A stretch of 64,000 nt of DNA, taken from IMG/VR virus record IMGVR_UViG_3300042991_000131, positions 1 through 64,000 of that record; one strand, written 5' to 3'. A program made the position numbers and the translations under genes. The DNA is from a virus. Within the stretch, counting starts at the first letter, position 1; each line of letters starts with the position of its first letter. This document shows positions 1-8,900 of this stretch, piece after piece. The notes under the pieces are model-generated. The model had not been told where the DNA came from and did no database searches. It worked only from the letters and a program-made list of their open reading frames with translations.

Positions 1-867
1 ACCTGGGAAAGCGACAGGCGTGAGTACTATCTACGCTACCTGACAGAACGTGTACCCAAGGTGCAACAGACCGCGCCGATGGCCATTGGTTCGGCATTTG
101 ATGGTATGGTCAAGAACGCGATTGAAAAGATGCTGGGCCTCGATGTAAAGGACTACACGCGCCAGGTTGAGGGCGAGATTGACAGTGCTGTGCACTGTCA
201 GGCTATGAAGGAAGGCGCCCGCGTCCTTGATTTCTATCGTCAGGTTGGTGGGATCAATAGATTATTAGTGACGGGTGTACCACGGATGGAGTTCTCTGTC
301 CAATGTGCCGTTCCCGGTACCGAATCCTGTATAGGTGGACCGGTCATCCTCTTAGGGAAACCTGACTTATACTATAGGGTTGGGCATAGGATTGTGCATG
401 ATTGGAAGGTGAATGGTTACTACAGTAAAGCATCGCCACAGAAGGGCTATGTGTGGGATTCGAAGACCCGGTCGCATCATAAGGATATCTTTCCCAAGAA
501 GGTTGGTTCACTGTCACTAGGACGCAGTGATTATTTCAACCCTGAGTGGCTGGATCAGTTGACCGGGTATGGTTGGTGTCTAGGTGAACCGATTGGGGAA
601 GAGTTCGTGCTCCAGATCCATCAGATTACGAACGCCGGGGGCGATGCCCCCGGAGCCGCATTACGTCTGACCGAGCACCGGGTACTAGCTGATCCTACGC
701 ATCAGCTGTCCCTTCGGGACAGGCTCGTCGGCTGCTGGGAGGCTATCCACTCTGGTAGAGTATTTACCGATATGACATTGGAACAGGATCTTGCAGAGCA
801 GGAGCATTGCGACAGGATTGCTGCCGGTATGCAGGACTCGGTCTTTAATCTTGTGTGTGGAAGGTAA
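1..867 (+). CDS. PD-(D/E)XK superfamily nuclease, 5' partial
   Basis: Frame +1 is open from base 1 (TWESDRREYYLRYL...); GSAFD, LLGKPDL and VHDWKV resemble phage RecB/Cas4-like exonuclease motifs; QL..Y motif follows. Confidence 0.65.
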   Translation, partial: TWESDRREYYLRYLTERVPKVQQTAPMAIGSAFDGMVKNAIEKMLGLDVKDYTRQVEGEIDSAVHCQAMKEGARVLDFYRQVGGINRLLVTGVPRMEFSVQCAVPGTESCIGGPVILLGKPDLYYRVGHRIVHDWKVNGYYSKASPQKGYVWDSKTRSHHKDIFPKKVGSLSLGRSDYFNPEWLDQLTGYGWCLGEPIGEEFVLQIHQITNAGGDAPGAALRLTEHRVLADPTHQLSLRDRLVGCWEAIHSGRVFTDMTLEQDLAEQEHCDRIAAGMQDSVFNLVCGR

Positions 868-875
868 CTCCCTTT

Positions 876-1154
876 ATGCCTACATGCCCTAAGTGTAAGC
901 ACGAGTGGGTGGATGTTACCTGGAGAGATTATCTCAAGAAACAGCCAGGTCACAAGGTTCATTTCTTCAGTAACGAGAGTAAAGATACTGAGCCTGAGGT
1001 TCGGCGCACCAGGCTACATTTCAAGTTAGACACTGATAAAGCCGTAATCCGAGCGGCATTGGAGCTTATACAGATAGAACACCGCACGGATCCATTCTTC
1101 CGCTGGTGTGATACCGCTGAGGGTACGATAGACTCCATAATCATGCGTCTGTAA
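876..1154 (+). CDS. hypothetical protein with N-terminal CPKC zinc knuckle
   Basis: ATG 876 just after the upstream stop; followed by a hairpin. Confidence 0.6.
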   Translation: MPTCPKCKHEWVDVTWRDYLKKQPGHKVHFFSNESKDTEPEVRRTRLHFKLDTDKAVIRAALELIQIEHRTDPFFRWCDTAEGTIDSIIMRL

Positions 1155-1157
1155 TCC

Positions 1158-1197
1158 AAGACACCCGACACAAGATTCTTGTGTCGGGTGTCTTTAT
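1158..1197 (+). terminator. intrinsic terminator-like hairpin
   Basis: Perfect 17-bp stem AAGACACCCGACACAAG / CTTGTGTCGGGTGTCTT with ATT loop, 3 nt after the stop. Confidence 0.75.
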
Positions 1198-1241
1198 TAA
1201 TTGGCTTCGGGGAGCACTTTCTAGCGTAATCCGTTCCCTCA

Positions 1242-1933
1242 ACGGGGAGCAGTTTTAATCCATAATTGTTAACCAGTCCTTTGTAAAGATGCTACTGTGT
1301 CATTTTGACATGGCCTCAGTACTGACTAGTATTGATACTAGGGTCCGTCTGGATATAGGTTCAGACAGTATACGGGTGCCATTCTGACCCTATAAATAGC
1401 GCCATTCCTAGCCATTATTCTGCCGACCCTAGCCAGGATATGAGTTTGCCTAGATAGTGCGCCATTTGCACAGGAAAGGGCATTGGCGAGCCTTCTAGGG
1501 CATTGGTGAAGGGCCATTTGACTTTCCAAGGGGCATTGGATAAAAACTAGATCACTGACAAGGGGCCTATTCCTTATCTTTCATATAGACTAATTTTATT
1601 TTATAAATAGTCTATTAAAGGATAAGAGAGGTTAGTATGAGTCAATTAGTAAGTGTCTATAGGACAAGGACTTAGGAACCCGTAAAAAGTGACTGCTTTT
1701 GTACAATTTGCCGTAATGTTGTAAGTGCTTATATGCCAACATGCTTGGACAAAATGCATCCACCGGTTTTCATGTCGTTTTGATACACCATGTCACTTTG
1801 ACATAGTAGCGGGAGCAGACATACAGGTGTTGACTTTATCGACAAGTGTGTTGCATATCGCAACGTGTGACAATAATTGTCATAAGAGATATTAGTAACT
1901 GGTTAACAACTTTGGACAAATAGTGCTCCCCGT
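1242..1933. repeat. 36-bp imperfect inverted repeat (1242-1277 / 1898-1933)
   Basis: Both arms read ACGGGGAGCA-N7-TCCA-N3-TTGTTAACCAGT; related copies at 1209, 4773 and 4860-4890(-). Confidence 0.8.
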
Positions 1934-2470
1934 ACTATGACCTAAATACTCCTATAATCTACCATGTCATAATGACATGGTACACCGTGTCATAATGACA
2001 CGATAAAATGTAATCTAACCACTGACAAAATTTGTCACAAGAGCCTTAATCAAGCACCATGCTCAAAAGCGTCTTGTCTACGTCTGTCACAGACCGGCTA
2101 TACAGGCAAAATAAAATGGATAGGTTTACCGAAACAGGCGTTTTATATAATACGCTCAAAACACCCACCAAAATAAAAGAGTCCAGCAGTCAGATTAATC
2201 ACCTTCTCATGGGTAAAATAATGATTAATCAGGCATATAGGTTCCTGGTGATAAAAAGTGAATACCAGGCCATAAAAGTCCTTTTCGGTATCTTAGAAAC
2301 CGATAATGACTTTTAATGACTGTCAGTGATAAAAAGTGATTATGAGTATCCAAGATACTCGATGTACCTTTTCGGTATCCAAGATACTCGATAGGCCATC
2401 CCGGTACTTGGCACAAAACAATACCGGTCCCACGAAAACCAGGCCGGGCGCTGGCCATGTCGTAATGACA
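1298..2470. repeat. cluster of TGTCA-N3-TGACA and TGACA-N5-TGTCA palindromes
   Basis: N3 type at 1298, 1791, 1965, 1988 (near matches 1773, 2458); N5 type at 1868, 2023 and 43553. Confidence 0.8.
1570..1726. repeat. dispersed repeat, copy 1 (copy 2 at 43377-43533)
   Basis: Collinear conserved blocks, including an identical 30-mer TTTTGTACAATTTGCCGTAATGTTGTAAGT. Confidence 0.9.
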
Positions 2471-2642
2471 CGGCGCTGCGCAATTACCGTGCAGCCTCGA
2501 TCGCGCAAGCGACAAGTTGGAAAGTCTCTAGGATCAATAATTCCAGGCCGCTCGACCCATGGCATAGGGTCTAGGAATAGTGGCTAGAATAGCCTGCAAA
2601 CAGCCCTAGCGGGGGAAAACAATTGGTCCCGCCCTAACTTAC

Positions 2643-2682
2643 AACGACAAACCCCAGCCGGATCCGGCTGGGGTTTGTCGTT
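2643..2682. repeat. perfect 40-bp palindrome; probable terminator or processing hairpin of the - strand islet
   Basis: AACGACAAACCCCAGCCGGA|TCCGGCTGGGGTTTGTCGTT. Confidence 0.8.
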
Positions 2683-2891
2683 CTCGTGCATCTGGTCGTT
2701 GTCACCATGAAGCCGGTACGCATGCGCGGAGTATTGCTAGCGTGACTGCACCGGCGATGCAACAGACCGCAAACGGTAAGAGTCTCACTTGCGCCTCACG
2801 ATACGCACCATGGGCAGGCTATGGCCACAAGCCCGGCAATTGCCAAGCCCAGGAAGGGCCGGGGCCGAGCAGCACAAAGCGCAAACCCGCT

Positions 2892-3125
2892 TCACAGATG
2901 CCGCCGGAGAATATCAAGCATGGCGCGGTCTCCGGCCTTGCGTGCCTTTTCCATCTGCCGGTAGGTGTCGGCACGGATCCCGGCCAGCGCATGCGGCAGG
3001 AAACAGCCGAGGGACGATCCCTCCGCGTCACGTTCCAGCGCATGTCCTCGCTGGTGTATGTCGTTGCACTTCGCATGCATCTGGTCGCGTGCTTCGCGGA
3101 GTAGTTGTAGGATATCGGGGTCCAT
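2892..3125 (-). CDS. hypothetical protein
   Basis: ATG preceded by AGAAGGA SD; downstream of the ParB-like gene on the same strand. Confidence 0.6.
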   Translation of the reverse strand: MDPDILQLLREARDQMHAKCNDIHQRGHALERDAEGSSLGCFLPHALAGIRADTYRQMEKARKAGDRAMLDILRRHL

Positions 3126-3147
3126 GGGGTTTCCTTCTGCCGGGGTT

Positions 3148-3226
3148 AGGGTCCAGCGTCAGGGGCCGGAAGGGATCTTCCGGCCCCTGACGCTGGACCC
3201 TTGGCGTTGTGCGCCAAGGGTCCAGC
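3148..3226 (-). promoter_or_regulatory. two overlapping, mutually exclusive hairpins
   Basis: 25-bp stem 3148-3172/3177-3201 and 15-bp stem 3192-3206/3212-3226 share 3192-3201. Confidence 0.7.
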
Positions 3227-3231
3227 CGGTA

Positions 3232-4155
3232 TCAGTTCGCGTGCTTCGCGATCCAGTCCGACACGGCCTTGCCGTCACCCGTGGCGAGGATCGTGCCGAA
3301 TTCGCGTAGGTTGCCCGTCGCCTTTTCGTTCACGGTCTGGAGGGCCTTGGCTACGCTCTGGATGCTGACGGCCTTCTCGCGGGTGCTGGTCTGCATCGCC
3401 GCCAGCATCGCCGCCGCCTCGCTGGCGGTCGGGGTCGGACGCTTGCCCTTCGTGTCGGGCAGCAGGCTGGCCCACTCTTCCTTACCGGGGCAACGTGCCG
3501 TGTAGTCGGGGGTCAGGTCATGCATCACGATCGCGGAGGCGGCGCGGTGCATGAGCTGGCCGTCGCCACGCTTCACCTTAGCGAGTGCCATCAATTCGGA
3601 CTCCGACAAGAGCCGGTTGGCGCGAAGTGCATCCGTCGCCGCCTGCACCTTGGCCCACGCATCCAGCCGCGAAGCCATGTCATGCAGGCCGTTGGGAATG
3701 ATCCCGGCCGCTTCCGCCGCCTGCTCCGTGGTCGCCTCGATCCCCTGACAGTCGATATCCTCCCGGCCGCACCCGACCGCGATGATAGCGGCGATGCAGC
3801 GGCGGCGACCGTCCAGCGCGATCCCAGCCGCCTTGCGGTCGGCGATATCGGCCAGCCGACGCTTGAAGAGTTCGATGGTTGTCCCGTTGATGATCGGTTT
3901 GACGGTCCCGCTTTCGGCGCGGCGGGTGTCCAGACCGGCAGTCACTTCCGCCGCCAGTTCGGCCATGGTGATCTTGTCATCGTTGCGGGTGTAGAGGATA
4001 GCGGCGGTCGGCAGGATGGAGAAACCATCGCGGAGCATGAGTCCCGCCAGTCCGGACATACCGGCGTTGGCAAGGCTGACGGCCTCCTGTCGCACCGTCC
4101 ATGTGCTGGAGCGGCCGGGGTTCGGGAGGTTCGGGTTAAAAGTGAAGAGGCGCAT
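3232..4155 (-). CDS. divergent ParB/Srx-like protein
   Basis: ATG 4155 after AAAGGA; LDGRRR arginine patch; RANRLLSESELMALAKV aligns with TRNPLMTESELAVKLGK of the 43957 ParB. Confidence 0.5.
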   Translation of the reverse strand: MRLFTFNPNLPNPGRSSTWTVRQEAVSLANAGMSGLAGLMLRDGFSILPTAAILYTRNDDKITMAELAAEVTAGLDTRRAESGTVKPIINGTTIELFKRRLADIADRKAAGIALDGRRRCIAAIIAVGCGREDIDCQGIEATTEQAAEAAGIIPNGLHDMASRLDAWAKVQAATDALRANRLLSESELMALAKVKRGDGQLMHRAASAIVMHDLTPDYTARCPGKEEWASLLPDTKGKRPTPTASEAAAMLAAMQTSTREKAVSIQSVAKALQTVNEKATGNLREFGTILATGDGKAVSDWIAKHAN

Positions 4156-4481
4156 GGGGTAGTCCTTTGGACTGGGGTTTGTGGAATTGGCCGGGAAGGT
4201 TGCGGGGTCGACACTTGGCCGAGTTGTCGCTTCCTTCCCTTCTGAGGGCAGGTTGTAGGGCCGGGGAGCATGGTGCAATGGCTTTCTTCGGACCATGCGG
4301 AATCAATAAATTGTCGCTTGCCTTTTCCTCCCGAGCATATCAGGGTCGCGGCCTGGTTTTTGTCTGTGATAACAGATGCAAGCATCGAGTCATCTGTATC
4401 AGTCACTAGTGTATCACTGTCCAAACTTGTCGCTTGACATCGAGTGTGTCACACCGGCCTGGTGGGAGGGTTAGTTTGCGC

Positions 4482-4508
4482 TTGACAACTGGACCCGGCG
4501 TGTATAAT
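4482..4508 (+). promoter_or_regulatory. sigma70-like promoter candidate
   Basis: Perfect TTGACA and TATAAT but only a 15-bp spacer; faces the virion operon. Confidence 0.4.
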
Positions 4509-4625
4509 CCCCATACCTAGTATCCACACGCTATACGCGGTGTTTTTCCTAGGCGTCTCGCGTCAAAATAAATATAAAATCAGCTTAACGCGGTGTTTTA
4601 GGAGGAGGTCTGATTACAGGAGAGC

Positions 4626-4674
4626 CAAGATGCAAGATGCAAGATGCAAGATGCAAGATGCAAGATGCAGGATC
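4626..4674. repeat. tandem heptamer (CAAGATG)x6 plus one degenerate unit
   Basis: Read directly from the sequence. Confidence 0.95.
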
Positions 4675-4890
4675 CGATTACACAAGACAGGGTACCTGGG
4701 AGGGTTAAATGCCTTGCAAGGATTATACCACCTGGGAGGGTTATCTTATATGCTAATCCTAAAATAATTTTACGGGGAGCACTTTCTGACAAGAAACGTT
4801 TTCTGGTTATAATTTTACGGGCCTTGCCGTCTAGTAGAGTGTAGCAAGGCTGCGAGCTTGATTAACAATCCTTGACAGAAAGTGCTCCCC

Positions 4891-5499
4891 ATGGCTCTTG
4901 ACACTTCGATTAAGCGTTGCGAAGCAGACAGTCCTAATCGCTGCCAAGCCCTTGGCGCGCAGGGCAGCCAGTGTCTCAATGAGGCAATGAGATTATCGGA
5001 TGGTACTTTTGCTAAGAACTGCTCATTCCACGGTGGCGTGGATGAAGAGAACAAAAAGTCAACCCATAGGCAGAATATGTACCGTCTAGCTAAGTTCGGT
5101 GAGCGGGTCAAGGATTTCGCCAGCCATAATCAGGTGAAAGGTCTCCGAGACGAGATTGGCATCCTGCGTATGGTCCTAGAGGAACGCCTGAATAGGTGTC
5201 AGGATAATGACGAGCTGATCCTGTCCTCGAACGTGATCGGCGACTTGGTACTCAAGATCGAGCGCCTCGTTACTTCTTGCCATAAGCTGGAAGCGTCGAT
5301 GGGTCAGCTACTCGATCGTCAGCAGATTATCCAGTTCGCCGAGGCTGTAGTTAAGGTAGTGGCAGATCATATTCAGGATCCTGCTGCTTTGGCGCTTATT
5401 GCTGGTGCTATCGAACGCATCACTGAGGAGCAGTTAAGCGGCGCGGAGAAGAAGCATGAAGAGGCTAAGTCAACGCCTATGCGTACGGCTCTTGAGTAG
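4891..5499 (+). CDS. terS: terminase small subunit (probable)
   Basis: Directly upstream of TerL; N-terminal C..C..CxxHGG zinc finger followed by a helical region. Confidence 0.6.
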   Translation: MALDTSIKRCEADSPNRCQALGAQGSQCLNEAMRLSDGTFAKNCSFHGGVDEENKKSTHRQNMYRLAKFGERVKDFASHNQVKGLRDEIGILRMVLEERLNRCQDNDELILSSNVIGDLVLKIERLVTSCHKLEASMGQLLDRQQIIQFAEAVVKVVADHIQDPAALALIAGAIERITEEQLSGAEKKHEEAKSTPMRTALE

Positions 5500-5504
5500 C
5501 CACC

Positions 5505-7148
5505 ATGTCGATCCTAGGCAACCTGCTACGTGATCGCGTAGCGGCTGGCCTAAGCAGAAAAAGTATCCAGTCCTGCTCTGCTTGGGCATTAAAATATCGG
5601 GTGATGGGTAAGCCTTATCCGGGTCCATGGTCTTTTGAGAATCATCCCTGGTTAAAGGACATGCACGACTGCCGCGATGAGCTAATTGTCGGGCAGAAGT
5701 CAGCACAGATGGGCTACACAGAGGTAGCACTTAATCGTAGCTTCTACACGATTGACGTACTCGGCGAGTCAGTCCTGTATATCTTACCAGCGTCAACCCC
5801 TGACGCAACAGACTTTTCCACGAGCCGCTTCGACCCGGCGCTAGAACTATCAGAACATCTAGCTAATCTCTTTAGTGACGTTAAGAACATAGGCCATAAG
5901 CGCGCTGGGTCAGCTAATTTATTTATCCGCGGTTCACGGTCCAGGAGCCAATTAAAGAGCTTACCAGTCAGCACAATCATCGAGGACGAAGTCGATGAAA
6001 TGGTGCAGGAAAATATCGCACTTGCTGCTGAACGTACATCTGGTCAGTTAACTAAATCAATATATAAAATCTCCACCCCGACAATAGATAACTACGGTAT
6101 CAATGCAGATTTCCGCAATTCGTCCCAGGATCACTACTGGTTCCAGTGTCCGCACTGTAACCGGCTAGTCGAGCTAACGTTTCCAGCCTGTTTGGTAATC
6201 ACAGCTGAGGATTGGACAGACGATAGTATTTATAAGAGTCACGTCATATGCCCAGCGTGTAAGCATGAGCTAGAGCACGCGGCGAAAAGAAGCATCCTTA
6301 AGTCTGGCAGGTGGGTGCCAACCTACTTGAACAAGACTGCAAGAGGCTTTCACATTAATCAATTATACTCTCCGACAGTTCGACCGTTTGACATTGCCAT
6401 AGCCTGGCTAAAAGCTCAAACGAATCCCTCTGACGAGCAAGAGTTCTATAACTCAAAGCTGGGTTTGACCCATGCTGTTGAGGGCGCGAAGATTACTGAT
6501 GCTCAGATAGCTAAGCTAATCGCTGGTTACAAGAAGCAAGTCAAAGGTCGTCCAGGCACAATAGTTACGATGGGCGTAGACGTAGGTAAATGGCTGCATG
6601 TGGAGATTACCGAGTACATAATCACTGGCAACGGTCCAGACGTCAATACACTCTCCCATGCTAGAGTCATCCATCAGGTCAAGGTACTCAATTTTGAGGA
6701 CCTAGACAGTCTGATGGTCGAGTACGGTGTGAACTTCTGCTGCATAGACGCGAACCCAGAACGGCGCAAGGCCATGGAGTTCGCGCAAAGGCAATGGGGT
6801 AGAGTAAAATTAGTGTTCTACGGTGTCGGCATAAATAGTAAAGTAATCTCTGTACACTCCGATGAAGAGCATACGATTACTGTTGACAGAACAAGCTGGC
6901 TGGATCTATCGCTGGGACGGTTCAGGAATGAAAAGATAGCTCTACCGGCTGATACAGATATCGAATATAAGCAGCAACTCAAGGCTCTGGTGCGCATCTA
7001 CGCCAAGGACCAACAGGGTAATCCTGTTGGTAAATACGTTTGTGGTAACGAAGATGATCACTATGCGCATGCTCGCAACTACAATGAGATAGCTTTCGCG
7101 ATGGCAGCTGGAAATGTCGGTCACTCAGATATACGATCACCAGTATAG
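5505..7148 (+). CDS. terL: terminase large subunit, lambda gpA-like
   Basis: KSAQMGYT deviant Walker A, IIEDEVDE Walker B, ISTPT, CPHC/CPAC zinc pair, GVDVG nuclease motif, DDHY. Confidence 0.92.
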   Translation: MSILGNLLRDRVAAGLSRKSIQSCSAWALKYRVMGKPYPGPWSFENHPWLKDMHDCRDELIVGQKSAQMGYTEVALNRSFYTIDVLGESVLYILPASTPDATDFSTSRFDPALELSEHLANLFSDVKNIGHKRAGSANLFIRGSRSRSQLKSLPVSTIIEDEVDEMVQENIALAAERTSGQLTKSIYKISTPTIDNYGINADFRNSSQDHYWFQCPHCNRLVELTFPACLVITAEDWTDDSIYKSHVICPACKHELEHAAKRSILKSGRWVPTYLNKTARGFHINQLYSPTVRPFDIAIAWLKAQTNPSDEQEFYNSKLGLTHAVEGAKITDAQIAKLIAGYKKQVKGRPGTIVTMGVDVGKWLHVEITEYIITGNGPDVNTLSHARVIHQVKVLNFEDLDSLMVEYGVNFCCIDANPERRKAMEFAQRQWGRVKLVFYGVGINSKVISVHSDEEHTITVDRTSWLDLSLGRFRNEKIALPADTDIEYKQQLKALVRIYAKDQQGNPVGKYVCGNEDDHYAHARNYNEIAFAMAAGNVGHSDIRSPV

Positions 7149-7156
7149 AGGCTTAA

Positions 7157-8872
7157 ATGACCATACCTTCACATCCCGATTATGTCACAGATAGCATCAA
7201 TTGGGAGAAGTACCGTCTTTCGTACGAGGGCGGTCGTGATTTCGTCGAAAAGTACCTCAAGCAGTACACAAGCAGAGAGGACAGTGCTGATTTCACTCTC
7301 CGCAAATCGATAACCTACTGCCCGGCGCATGCAAAAGCTGCGATTATGGAGATTAAAAACTCCATTTTTGAGCGAATGAGCGACGTTTTACGCATTGGTG
7401 GGCCGCAATCGTACCAAGAAGCAATTAACGGCGTCGAAGGTGGTGTCGATTTCACTGGTCGGAACATGACCAGCTTCGTTGGCGCTGAGGTATTGCCTGA
7501 ACTCCTCGTCATGCGCCGTGTTGGCGTATTCGTGGACAAGGCACCAGTGAAAGAAGTGCGTACCAAAGCCGAAGATAAGGGCATCCGGCCATATCTCTAT
7601 GTGTATAAGGCCGAAGATATCCTGTCTTGGGCTTATAACAGCAAGAATGAACTAGTCTCCGTGCTGCTCCGCAGTAACGAGACGGTGATCGACCCGATTA
7701 CTGGTCTCGCTACAGGTGTCGAAGAGAAACTGCGGCTGCTGAGGCTCGTTGACGGCGTGGTCACCGTGACGATGATGGACAAGGACGGTAAGTTGGGCGA
7801 GGCAACGGTCTTAAAGCTCAAGCAGATACCGTTTGTGATGTTTGAAATGACCGAGAGCCTGATGTGCGATATCGCTGATTACCAGATTGCACTGCTGAAC
7901 CTGGAATCATCCGACCTAGCTTACTTGCTGAAGTCGAACTTCCCATTCTATACAGAACAGACGAACCAGCTCTCTGACATGGCTAATCTTGCCCGTCAGG
8001 GCCAGGTGACGCTTGATGCCGATGGTAAGCCGATTGTAGCAGTGGCTGACGGCGCACAATCCGTCAGCATCGGTGCTACAACTGGTCGTCGTTACCCGAA
8101 GGGTACTGAGCGGCCCGGCTTCATTCATCCGTCTCCTGAGCCGATGGAAGTGTCCATGGCTAAGCAGACAGATATGAAGTCCGCTATCAGGCAGCTAGTG
8201 CAATTAGCACTCAGCAACTTGGCGCCCCAGCGCGCCAGTGGTGAGTCTAAGCAGATGGACCAGCAGGGTCTAGAGGCTGGTCTAGCTTATATCGGCCTCG
8301 TCCTTGAGACGGGTGAGAACAAGATCGCCAAGATTTGGGCTGAGTATGAAGGTGAGGATCCTGCACTAGTCGCTTATCCCGACCAGTACAGCTTACTCTC
8401 GGATGCAGACAGGCTGACGCTGGCTAAGGAACTAGCTACGCATCTGCCGAAGGTGCCTAGCTTGACGGCTCAGAAGGCTATCGCTAAGAAGATAGCCTTC
8501 TTAATCATTGGCCGTGGTATCACGCTGAAGCAGGAACAAGACATAATCAAAGAGATTGATGATGCCGAAATCATCGCTATCGACCCGGAAGTGCTGCGGC
8601 TTGATATTGAGGCTGGCTTAGTTGGCCTCGAACTAGCTTCTAGTGCTCGCCTGTACCCGAAGGGTCAGGTTGCTATAGCTAAGAAGGAGCATATCGCTCG
8701 TCTTGCTGCGATTGCTATAGCGCAGGCTCCTGGCGGCGGTGCTGGTAGTGATGCTGCACGTGGCATCCCGACGGGTGCACAAGATAAGAGTGGCAAAGAG
8801 GAAAAGGACGATAGTCAAGATTCAGATAAGCAAGAGCTTGGTAAGGGTAAGGCAGTCAGAGGCAAAGAGTAG
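7157..8872 (+). CDS. portal protein
   Basis: 571 aa following TerL; HPDY...W..YR..YEGG start and ASGES motif typical of portals. Confidence 0.8.
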   Translation: MTIPSHPDYVTDSINWEKYRLSYEGGRDFVEKYLKQYTSREDSADFTLRKSITYCPAHAKAAIMEIKNSIFERMSDVLRIGGPQSYQEAINGVEGGVDFTGRNMTSFVGAEVLPELLVMRRVGVFVDKAPVKEVRTKAEDKGIRPYLYVYKAEDILSWAYNSKNELVSVLLRSNETVIDPITGLATGVEEKLRLLRLVDGVVTVTMMDKDGKLGEATVLKLKQIPFVMFEMTESLMCDIADYQIALLNLESSDLAYLLKSNFPFYTEQTNQLSDMANLARQGQVTLDADGKPIVAVADGAQSVSIGATTGRRYPKGTERPGFIHPSPEPMEVSMAKQTDMKSAIRQLVQLALSNLAPQRASGESKQMDQQGLEAGLAYIGLVLETGENKIAKIWAEYEGEDPALVAYPDQYSLLSDADRLTLAKELATHLPKVPSLTAQKAIAKKIAFLIIGRGITLKQEQDIIKEIDDAEIIAIDPEVLRLDIEAGLVGLELASSARLYPKGQVAIAKKEHIARLAAIAIAQAPGGGAGSDAARGIPTGAQDKSGKEEKDDSQDSDKQELGKGKAVRGKE

Positions 8873-8900
8873 ATTGACGCACAAACCTAAGGATTAATCC

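Noticed and set aside
1-867. Cas4 assignment
   Set aside because: No four-Cys Fe-S cluster pattern visible; kept as generic PD-(D/E)XK.
2059-2587. Short ORFs in the non-coding region
   Set aside because: No clear SD or motifs; they overlap operator-like repeats on both strands.
1200-2700. CRISPR or mini-array in the repeat-rich region
   Set aside because: Repeats are short, irregularly spaced palindromes with no constant repeat-spacer period; no cas genes.
3520-4245. 241-aa + strand ORF
   Set aside because: Antisense shadow of the GC-rich - strand gene, which has the SD and motifs.
4540-4844. ORFs containing MQDARCK repeats
   Set aside because: Translation artefact of the CAAGATG heptamer array.
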